A stretch of 64,000 bases of DNA from Zancudomyces culisetae HAW-14-8 (taxonomy: Eukaryota; Fungi; Kickxellomycota), in NCBI GenBank assembly GCA_052426225.1, contig JBNJNM010000006.1, positions 744,001 through 808,000 on the forward strand, given 5' to 3'. Positions 32,701 to 44,700 of this stretch are shown here, in pieces. The notes under the pieces are model-generated. The model was not told where the DNA came from and did not search any database. It was given only the letters and a program-made list of their open reading frames with translations. The translations under genes and the position numbers were made by a program. Position 1 is the first letter of the stretch; the number at the start of each line of letters is the position of its first letter.

Positions 32701-35700
32701 TCAACCCACTACTACTACTACCACTACCACTATTAATGTTAATCCTTTCATCATTAATATTGGAATTTAAACCATGATAATACGTTTCATAATCACAATT
32801 TCCCACCAACCATATTTGCACCAACTGTAATAATACCACTAAATGATCTCGATGAAAGATCCCTACACTGGCTCTATTAAATGTCGTAACAAACAAATCC
32901 TCAATCAAAACATTCATCCTATTCCTCTCTCCAACAATCTTTTTCAGATTCAACCGTTCATTGTCTTGTACTGTTTTACTAAATATTTCCATAAAGAACT
33001 CCAATCCAAACTGGTAATACTCATCCAAGACAGACAACCTCTCCAACACAAAATACACCAACGAACTCATCTTTGCAAACGGAGTATACGCCGACGTCGC
33101 CCTCTCAACCTCTCCCATCACCACTTCAGTCTCCATCACTTTAGCCGTCACCTCTGCCGCCTCATGCTTCAACCGCTCCAATGTAGATATCACCCCACCA
33201 TCATCATCCAAAATATTCCCCTGGGCTGTCGATAACGCTTGCAACAACTCCATCTCCAAGCCATACAACCGCATCCGGAACTCTCCTTGCATTCTCACCA
33301 AATCACTACGTCTCCTCTCAACCTCTGGCCGCTCCTGTCGCAATACCATCGCCAAACACATTGCTCTCAACGAACTCTCTGTAACTGTGAAATTCACAAA
33401 CGTCACTCGTGAACACACATCCGCCGAAAATGCTGCTGACGAGTCTCGTGTCATCAAATACATCTTGAAACTCGGTGAGAAATCAATGTCCTGTGCCCCC
33501 AACCGAATCAACACTCGCCCGCCAGTGCGCCGCAACTCTCGGTTTAGAATCGGATTCAAAATCGGATCGATATGCTCAGCATCCGTAAGCACTATGGCAT
33601 TTCCAAACCTCAGTGCCGACTCCAAATGCTTGAGATACGCATTGTCCAAAAACGACGTCACCACCAGTGCCTGCTTGTGTGTGTTTTGCAAAAACTTGAG
33701 TGCTTGTCCCGACGGGTCAATAATCAGCGGGTACCGATTGAAATGCTGCAACATCAATGCATTCTCGACCGCCAACTCGTCAGTCTGCAAACCAGCATTT
33801 TGCCACTCCAGTCGGTCCTGCGCACTCGCCAAATAATCCGCAACCCCAAGCTGCTCTTGATCCTTAAACACAATTCCAAACCGCTCCAAAATATTTGTCC
33901 ATTTAGCCACCAACAGCTCGCGATAGTCTTGGTCGAAATACCCGGCATACGCCAACAGTGCCGCGGCAAGCATCACATCTCCTGCAATCGTATTCATCTG
34001 CTCCACAAACGTCCCACTGCTCTGCTCCCACCGCGCACGTTCTGACCCCAGAGACTCCAACAGTTTGACCGAACGGCCTACCCGCGAACTCACCTGCTCC
34101 ATCTCACTCTTCAGCTGCTGTGACTCGGATATCAACGATGCATACTCCTCCTTATATTGCCCAATACTCTGCTCCAACTTGGCTATAGTCTGCTCAATCT
34201 CCTGTGCCTTGGTTTTAGTTGCATTCGCTTGCTGTTCCAACTCATTGACTTCATTGCGGAGTGGCCCTACTTTATCCAAAATGGTCGAATAGTTCACCTG
34301 TGCAATTACCCATTTGACCAGTGGTCCACACGCTCGTGATGCCCGGTTAACCACTTCAAAATTGAATTCCGGCCGGTCCAAATACTTTTGATGCATCAGC
34401 TCACACAGCTTCTTGTTCATTTGCGAGTCGGTATTAAACGTCATTATCGACGAAATAAAATCGTCTCGTCGCAAAATACCTTGTAGAGTACGCCAGTCCG
34501 TCTGTCGATGTCCCAACAATGTACACGCCGCCTCAATAGCCATCTTCACCAACAGTGGCGGATTGGCCATCGACCGCACTTCTGTAAGCATCGCCCGGTT
34601 AATCCCGCTGACAGCATGCTGCGCCTCCGCCACTGCCGGCTCAGCCTTCTCCAAATCTGCCAACACTATTTCCTTTCGCTGCTTAATCTGCTGGTTCTTG
34701 GCCTCCAGCTCGGTCTGAATCGCCACAGATGCTGTCCTGCTCTGTTCGGCTTCGTTTTGGTCCTGCACCATTTGCACAAGCTTATCGTTAGCCATCTTGG
34801 TCTTGGCCTCCAGCTGCTGTTTTTTGGTTGCTAGGTTGGCCCGCAATTGCTGGACTTGTTGAACTGTCGCTTGCAACTTGTCCAAACCGACATTCAAATG
34901 TCGCTGCTGTTCTTCCAGCTCATCCTTGCGCTTGTTAAACAGCTTGACATACTGCATAATGAAATCGAGGTAGTGTCGAGGTGTCACATAATTCATCTTG
35001 CCACTCTTTCGAACCAGTTGACTGTTTACATGATGTAAAGATTTATGGAATTCTACAAATGCATTGGCTACACAAGTTCGTTTATTATTAGTAGATGATG
35101 ATGGTGATGATGATGATGATGACAAATGGGTTTGTCCTTGTTCATCTAAATCCAAAGATGCAGTAAACTCTGCTCCTACTTGGAACAACGCTTGTTCTGA
35201 CCAATCTCCAAACCAATCCAACACACATCGATTAAACAACGCTGGTGACGTCGCCGTTCGTCTCGCAAAGCCATCTCCATCTGGCGGCGGATTCATCGTA
35301 AACACTACATGCAGATTCCGCGCCACCTGCTGCGAAAACCACCGGTACAACTCATCCGGCGAATCCAACATCATCCCGTCCCGTGCCGCTCCCTCACGAC
35401 ACGCCGTCAACAACGCTGCATATTCATCGCCCTCAAACAGCCCCGGAACCTCGGCATTGGCCAGCAGCGTATTCATCCGCTCCAAAAACGCCGTGTCTAG
35501 AATATTCGACTCATCCATAATAAAACATATCCGCTCCCCTTGCGTTCCTGCCCGCCGCAACACATGCCGCAAATCATCATCAAAATCAGCCGCCGAGTAT
35601 CGACTATGTACTTTGATCTGGAACACCGCCAACCCATTCATCCACGCCACAAACCGCGAAAGCGTCGTCTTACCACTTCCCGAAACTCCAATCAGCAGTG

Positions 35701-38700
35701 CATGTCCCTGTGGCTGGCGCAACACTCTGTCGATTCGCAGCACATGGTCCAACACATCGTTAAACAACACCAGTGGCACATCCAACTCTTCCTCATAAAA
35801 CACCCGCAATCGTGCAAGCACGTGATCTCGCAACACCTCCAACTCAACCGCTGTATAGTTCCGAGTCAGCCAGTTCGAAAACAGAATCGGCCGCTGCAAC
35901 GCTTCGTCGCTTACGCCTACAAAGTGCCGACGTGCAACCGAATCTATCTTGTCGTTTGTCCATCGCCGCTCGTAATCATGGACCAGTCTGTCTTGGAACA
36001 ATCGCAAGCCTTCATGCGCCCACACTCGCACCAACCCTTCGGCATTCAGTTCGTCCAAATCCTTAATGCACTCGTAGATTCCTCTAACCCATCGCGAAAG
36101 TTCTCGAGGCGAATAAATGTAATGCGGTTGCTGATCCGGCGTGAATTTACGTTGAGATGCCAAATATACCTCCACCATTGCCGCCGTCATTGCATCGCCA
36201 TACATCCGCAAGTTGGGCTGCACCTTCAACAGCGCTCGACTAAACACCGAGTATATCTGCTTCAGCGACACTTCGCCTGGATAGTCGACCATCACCAGCG
36301 GAACATGTCGCAAGAACCGGTGCGACAATGGAATCCGCCCTGGGTCGGTCGGCGGATTACACGCCCCAACAAACTGGATCCGCTCTATTCGCACCCATTG
36401 CTGGTCGCTGGTCCGCCAGAACCCTCCTCGCTCCACCAATTGCCGCAAAAACGCAATTACATGCTGTGTGCCATACTTGTCGGTCGCCGGCAAGTTAATC
36501 TCGTCACAAAACACCACCAACCATTTACCCACCACCGTAGGCGCAAGCACTATTCCTCCAGGCGTCTTTTTGTACTCACAGTGCTGCTCAAACGTCTTTA
36601 ACACCAGTTCTACACTTGTCGCTGATGAAAAGTTCAACCCAACTACTTGTACATCTGTCAGCTTGCGCAGTGCCGCAAACAACGTCATTGTCTTACCCGA
36701 TCCAGGTGGCCCACATAACAGCAGTGGTCGGTGTTCAGCTAACCACGCATACAGTACACTCTCATGTCGCAAAGTATCTACAGTTGGAACCACTACATCA
36801 CTATCTGACACTCGATGTGTTTCAATATCAATCATCGGAACTTTACTCTGCCATGCCGTCCATCCAACTTTATCCAGTTTAATTTCTACCTCGTAATCCA
36901 ATAAACTAACTCTCTGTTGTTGTTGTTGCTGTCCTTCTTCTTGTTCTATAATAGTATTGTTGATAATTGATTCTGGTAATTCTACTATTGTCGCCATTCG
37001 TCCAACATATTCACTAAATCCAATTCGCATTTCCAATGGTGAATCTCCTGCAAAACTCCAAATCAATGCCAACAATAACTTGGCCTCAATATAACCACTC
37101 AATAATGAACTACTATTACTACTATCCTCACTTGATTGACCCCCCATTCCTACTTCTACTTCTCTTCCTACTTCTCTTCCTCTTCCTCCACTAATCATTC
37201 CAATATTGGAATTGGTAGAATAGTCTATAAACTGTCTAACCGCACTGTTCAACAACATAAACAACGTATCTATTGCCCGAATTCTTGTAAAATCCATAAT
37301 ATGACCAATATTCTTTTCTGCATATACCAATGCCTTTTCCACTACTCCTCCACTCACAAAATACGGTCGCAATAGCCGAGCACTAGTTATTTGTATTGGA
37401 TTTACTGCTGTTTGCAACTGTGATTGTGTTTGTGTCTGTGTCTGTGATTGTGATTGTGATTGTATACCACTGATTTCCTCAACATCTTCTAATAATGGCT
37501 TGGATGCTAACATCTGTAAATAATGCTCTGTCATCATCTCCAAACTCACTGTTTCTTGACTAAACCAAACCATTCCACACCGTGAAACTGTCGCTGGTGT
37601 TGCATACTTTAACGTTTCCACCTCAAACATTATCCTGACATTATTTGGAAGTGACAGTCTCTCTCCATTTGGCAACGTCAACAACCGATTGTCGTCCAAC
37701 ACCGAGTTCAAATTCTCTACCCATTCCGGATCGACATCTCCGTCAAACACTATCCAGTGTCGCTTCATACTTTCTCCTCTTACATTGTCAATAATCCGCC
37801 GCAAAATCTGTGTAAACAACCCATCCGTCCACTCTCGAGTCGTATTGTCCAGAGTTCCATACAAACTATCTTTACTAACTGCTTTGGGATCAATCACATA
37901 ACTAACCACGCCCTGCGCCGAATCCAGCTTGTCCAGTGCTGCTAATAACACCTTCCACGCAACACTTTTGCCACTTCCTGATGGTCCTACCATCATTACT
38001 CCATGGTTAATCTTCTGAATCATATACAGCTGCACCACTTTCTCAACCCATTTCGCTTCTGCAACATACCGGTTTTCTCGACATACTTCTTGAATCAGCT
38101 CCCGAATTCTTTGGTTCTGATCTGGAACATAATCTATTCCCGGGAATACATCTTCCAACAACGACTCCAATAGCGGAATATCACTTGCCACCAGTTTGGG
38201 CAGCACATTGTTCCGCACACTCTGGATCAGTATTCCTTGTTCCTGCTCGCTACTCATTTCCTGCTGTATTTCTCGCTTGATATTTCCTGCCGACACCAAC
38301 ACCGATTTAAGCGCTCGTAATCCAAAATCATAATGTGGTTGTGTCGACAATTGCTCGCCACATAACGAAAATAGAGGAACTGCTTTGGTCGCCAATAGCT
38401 CGGCTGACCTGAATCCCTGTGAATACAACATCACCTGTGATATCAATTGGTAGTCTGGCTTGCTCATACAAATACTCCTAAACAACTTTTTAAGATTTTC
38501 TGGCAAATTGGACCGGCCCGCATAGTTTGGATTCATTGTAATAAACACTCCTGTATTTGGATCAAGGTTGACTGGTTTTCCCACCAAATCTATCTCTATC
38601 TTTGACTCGTCTTTGCTGTTTTTATCCTTGTTTTTATCCTTGTTTTTCTCTTTGCTTTCTCGTAATCCCATTTGAATACACTGGATTTGCTGCGATACTG

Positions 38701-41700
38701 CTGATAATATTCTCTCTTCAAGCCGATTAAACTCATCAAAACATCCCCAAGCACCTACCTGACAAAGCCCTGTGAAAATCCGTCCTACTGCCTGGAAGTC
38801 AAACGTCTCATCACAACAAAACACCAACACAAACCGCCCCAACTGTGCCCCAAGCGCCTTTACTGACTCGGTTTTTCCTGTTCCAGCAGGTCCAAATGGC
38901 GAACCTCCAAGCTTGTTGTGTAGTGCCTGCGTCAATGCCAAAAAGCATCGGTCCGTCAATGGCGTCTGAACTATCCGGTCGCTGATTCCCAAATATTCAA
39001 ATCCATACTCAAACTGTGCATTGGCCATCTTGATAACCAGCCGCTCTTTTACATTCTTTTCTTCATTCTTATAGTAAAATCGCATATGTTGAAGCCAATC
39101 AAAACTATCTACACTCATAGATTTTGTAGCTGTCATTGTAGTTGTCGCTTTTCTATTCACCAACAATTGACGTGCTACATCCCGCTGATGTACCAACTCG
39201 GTAATCAATTGCTCAACTTTTTGTCGACATATTCTCTCCAAATCTGTCAACACCACTCCTGCCAACACTTCCAATCCAGCTTCAATCTTTTCTACTACTG
39301 CTCCAATATCCTTATCCTTATCCTTATCCTTATCCTTATCCTTATCCTTATCTTTGGTCTTTATTCCACTTTCTACCATTTTTGTCCACTCAATCTGTGC
39401 TGCAAGTATCACCAACTGCGTTGGATATCTATTAATCCACTCCATTCGCTTGCCAAGTTCTTCATCTCCATATAAACAACTCGCCTCTTTAATTGCCTCA
39501 TCCAACAACAACGCCAATGTCAACTTCATTTCCTCCTCAATTGCTGATAACCATTCATTGATTTTACTTGCTTTGGTCAAATCAATTGGATTCTTAAACC
39601 CAATTTGCTCTCCTTGTTTCGATGCCATTCCAACTATTTTTGTCTGTCCTTCATCCAGCTCTACCGCTGCTATCCCCGCAAACATCTTGCGCAAATGTTT
39701 TTGAATCCGTGTAATATCTCTCGAATTGCCTATAATCTCCAACAAATCCTCATCTCCAACGAAATAAAACCGTGGGAACGATCGCCGCTCTCTCTCCAAA
39801 TACTCTCCCAACGCCCGCTGAATCTTTCCCAACAAATCCGCCAATCTTTCCAGTCCACGCTGAATATTTGCTATGTTCAACACATCCAAAACAAATGGAG
39901 ACTTGTACACCTTCTTCATCATACTCATAAACTCACTATTAATGTTCATAAATCGGCTGGATTCAACAGGCAACAAATGCTTAATGTCTGCTGAACCAAG
40001 AAAGATTCCTTCCAAATATACCCACTGTCTCTGCACATCTATCCACACATCAAACAACACATGTACCCGCGTCAATTTGTCTTCCCACACCCCACTCTCC
40101 TCCTCAAATACCTTATAGTATGGCGATGCCTTCATTGAACCCAGCGCACTCAGATGCTCTGAACACTTGTTAAACAACTCGTCCCATCCTTTAATCAACC
40201 GACACTTTCGTTGGTATGGAACCAATTCTATCTCATACTGCGTCCACGTCTCCTTAACCTGCTTCAAAAACTCTTCTAATCCCATCTCTCCCTGTGCCGC
40301 TGTAATAATCGCCTTTATCACCACTTCATTTCTTTTGAGTTCAAACTTGTAAATATCTCCCAATGTCAAATCCACCTGACTCTTGGGAACTATATTCAAA
40401 CTCTTGTATAACTCTCTCCAATGTCGATCCTTCACCGCATCTCCTTTCAGCTCTGAAACTATACTATTTACCTCCATCAACTCATTCACATGGCTCTGCA
40501 TATATTTGAACGCTGAATACTGTCTCACCTTGTCTGAAAGTTGCTTGGCTCGCTGCTGGATTGCCTCCAACTTCCCCCGCAGCTTTCTTGGAACTACGCT
40601 CGCCCACACCATCTCCTTTACCTCGTCCACCTCATTCCATATCTCTGAAAGTGCCTTCCACACTCCCTTGAGATCTCCCAGTTCTTCCCGAACCAATTCC
40701 AGCTTTGAACTGCTCTCTCCCGCATTTAGCAGCCCTAGCGCTGCCTTGGCCTTAACCATTTGTCCCAACTCTTCCGATATCCGGCTCAACCGATTCTCAA
40801 ACTCTGTCAATATATCGAGCGCAACCGCTGCCCGTATCGCTCCATCAACTGGCTTGTCTTCATCCCATTTTTTACACAGCCGCATTATTTTGTCGTTGAC
40901 ATGTTTTTCCTGCTCCGAAACCTTGACTTGAAGCCCTCCCAGCTGCTCTTGGATCACTTGTGACTTTGTCTTCATAATCTCGTTAAATGCCGACCACTCG
41001 CCATCCACCTGGTCCTGGTAAACCCAATTGCTGCCAAACTGGTATCGCTGCTTCTCAAGAATCTTTTGTCCCCGGCGTGACACCATCTCTATAAACCGTT
41101 TCCACTCTGAAATCGCCCGCTTAGTATCTTCCATAAATATTATAAACTCAACCGCCTCTACTGTTGTCGCTGTATCGCTAGAATACTGCTCCAATGTTCG
41201 TCTTGCCTTCAACATATCTTCATACATACTACGCGTCGTTGCTCCCAACTTGACTCCAAATCTACCCAAAATCTCTTTCTGCCACGCATCATATTTGGCA
41301 TTCACTTTACTCTGTACCTGCCCATATTCTATCTCCATATGTTGCCCTATACTCTTTCGACTGTGTTGAGTATCAAACGTCGTGCGCGCCTGGTTTATCT
41401 CAAACAGTATCTTCATCCACTGCTCCAAATCATCTCCTAAAAAGTCTACAATCTGGTCAATACTCAAATCCCACAACGCTTGGTACTGCAGCCATATTCC
41501 TATATACTTTATTCCTTCCTGTACTCTTGCCTCAATGGCTCCATATGTCTCTGCCATCATGCCTCTTGGAAGTCTGGACAACAAATCCCTATACATTGCT
41601 GACTTTGGCCGCCTGATTTTCACCGGCGTATCTATAACCTCCACATCAAAGAATGAATCCAATCCTTCTGTACAGTTTCTTGTACTCTCGTTCACTTCAC

Positions 41701-44700
41701 CTATCGTTGTCAAGTTGTAGCTAGATGATTGTGGCCGCTTTTGCAGACACACCACCGACACCCATTCGTGTAGTTCTCGAATCCATGCTGCTCTTGCCGT
41801 TTCTATTGGTGGCGAAACATACAATGTCTGGTTCTTTAGTCTGATTTCATGTACCAATTTCCTGAGCTTTGGCCCTTCGTTTTTCTGAACAACTGCTCTG
41901 CCTTTATCACTAATGTCTGTCACTCCCATTCCTCTCAACAACTTTCTGTTTCTAGGTCCTCCTTCATCCTCTTCATCCTCATCTCCTTCTGCATTGTCCC
42001 GCAAAAACTCTGTCTCCCACTCGTTTATTGCGTTTTCAAGTCGTACCATCAGTGTTGCCTCAATTCGCTCATCCAAATCTTGAATGTACTTTTCCAAATT
42101 GCTCACATTTGCCAAACTCAACTTGTCTGCCAACGCTTGGATTTTCCCCAATATCGCTTGAATTGCCTCTCTATCATATTTGCACGTTGCAAGCTCGCTC
42201 ACCAGTGTAGTCGCCTCCAAATTAACTCTTACCAACGTCTCTACTTTTTCTTGAAACATTAATGTCGCCGTGCTTAGCTCTTTCACGTAGTTTACATGCT
42301 TTGGACCTTTGCCTACTACTCCGCTCATCTCTGCCGCATTAACAAACAAATCCCAACGCATCTGAAATCCCCTTTCAATCAGGTTTTGCACATCGCTGCA
42401 GTATCGCGCCACTAATCCTGCAACCCCCACATTCTTCTCCAAAACATCAATTGTCTGTCTATAGCTTCGAATACTCTCCCCAATACTTACTGCAAATGGA
42501 TACACTCGTTTCCCTTCTCGTCCCATATTTACCAACGTGTGTGGTACTGAATATCCGAGCCACAGCAACTCTCTCACCTCCTTAAAAAGCGTAATCAATT
42601 GCCCATCAAATTGCAGTCCCAACTCAAGCACACCACTGCTTGCCCGTTTTCTCGAAACTACAAATATCCTCCCTGTCACTCGCAACTCCCGTTTAGTAAT
42701 GTCATAGTACCATGCATCATAAAGCGGCTTTGTATCTAGCTTTTGCCGAAAACTCTCCGACTCACTCTGTAGCCGCTGCCCTTCAGCATACAACTCCCAT
42801 CCCTCGCCCAAAACTGCCTCCACTCTCTTCATGTAATTGTCCAGCTGCTTCTCAATTTCCCGTGTCCAAATTATCGCCCCTGCTACTGGTGGAACATCTC
42901 GCAACTGTGACAACTTGTATGACATTGACTTGTGGTAGTGTTGCTTGAATTTCTCGTGAAGTTTCGCTATATCCTCTTTTACTGAATTTATCAACTGCGT
43001 CTGATACTCTTGCACTGCCCCCCGGATCTTTGGCCTTACAAACAACGCATTGAACTTGGAAAAGACCCTAAACATCTCTGATGAATTCTTACACTCTGAT
43101 AATCTGCTTTTCAGCTTTGATATTATCTGGTTTTCCACTCTTGTTACTCCTTCATTATACATCGCCTCAGCTCGCTCCCATCCCTCTACTCCATCCTTAC
43201 CCACATCCAGCGCGTCAACATGTCTAACTGCCTCGTACGCCTGTCTTATCTCTTCAACTGGATCCACTATTTCGTACACTTCCGTCTCTCCACTCTCTTC
43301 CACTTTTCGCTGCTTTTCCCTTCCCACTACTTCGTTTCCCATCACCTGCGCAATCGTTTGTTTAAGCTGCTCATGTTGTTTGCGGAATCGACGGATAAAC
43401 TTCAGTCTTTCTTGCAATACTGTATGTGCCGCATTTACCTTCAGCGAAATAAACCTCTCACTCCTCCTCCTTGTCACATCCCGCGCCATTCCCAGAAAAT
43501 CTTTCAAACTATCATCCCATGCTGCGAAACACGCCTCTGCTCCTTCAGCCAGTTCCTCAAAACTTGAAAACTCCACAAACAATATTTTCTTTTCTCCCAG
43601 TATCTTGACCAACTGGTCTCTAAAGTCTCTCGATATCATCTCTACCAATGCAAGTGCCCGGTACACTGGATATGTAGTTCCCTTCAACTTCTTATTGATA
43701 TGCACAAATATTGCCTCAATCCCTCTCCTCACTTTATACACATCTGTAGCCGACAGCAACTCGTTCAATGGAAAATCTTTCATTAGCACATTGTACTTTG
43801 ATACCACCTCTGCCGCCTCTTTGATTCCTGTATCCGCCATAAATGATACCGTCGCATGGAATCTCTTTGCCGCCTTGAGCGTATCCATCACCAACACTAT
43901 CTCCTCACTCCCCAACCGCTCCTCTATCCGCTCCAAACTTCGCTCCATGTTTTGCCAAAAATTTATTTCCTGGCTTGCCGTAACTGCAATTGGATCTTTC
44001 ACCAAATTCGTCACCTTTTGAATCTCCTTGATCCAACTATTCACATCTGATTGAAGTCTATTCAAAAAACTTGAATCGTTCACCATCGTGCTATCAACTG
44101 CACTAACCGTCACCCTGCGTCCCTCCGAAATACACTGTCGGACCGCCATCTTCACCAAATAGTTAACTTCCAATGATGGTTCCGGAATCTCTGCATTTTG
44201 CTGCAAGTTTATCAATGAAAGCTCCAACTCTGCAAGCTTTCGTTTCGTCATTGGCAGCCCTGTGTCTCCCTCTTTACTCTCTTTGCGAACGACTCTCCCC
44301 TTATCTTCCTTTTCGTTCTCCGCTTCAACTCTCTGTCTTGCATTGACAAACGCATTGAAATACGGCGTAACTCCATAGTGTATTAACGAATGCATCGCCT
44401 CGTATGGAGTTTGTGTTCCCATCAACATTTTTTGCCCTTTTTCCTTATCACTCCTTCCCTTCTCTGTATCGTCTAAGGCATCTAGTGGATCTAAAGCCAT
44501 GTCATCGCTTGGCTTTCCCCGTGTCAGATTATACCCCATCGCTGGCCCTGGAAGATTAATTACCTGAAGCTGTGAACTCAGGGAAAGATTCCCTTCAAGA
44601 ACTGCTGACCTCTTGATAAGAACCACAGCGCCCATCATTTTCTTTGTCCATTCCAGCTCCGTCGATGTTGTATAACTTATTCTCGCCAGTGCCCCATCAT

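Noticed and set aside
30030-44050. Many plus-strand ORFs up to 353 aa opposite dynein, and minus-strand ORFs opposite UPF1
   Set aside because: Expected antisense ORFs from codon bias in long GC-richer genes; most start at non-ATG codons and show no recognisable motifs.
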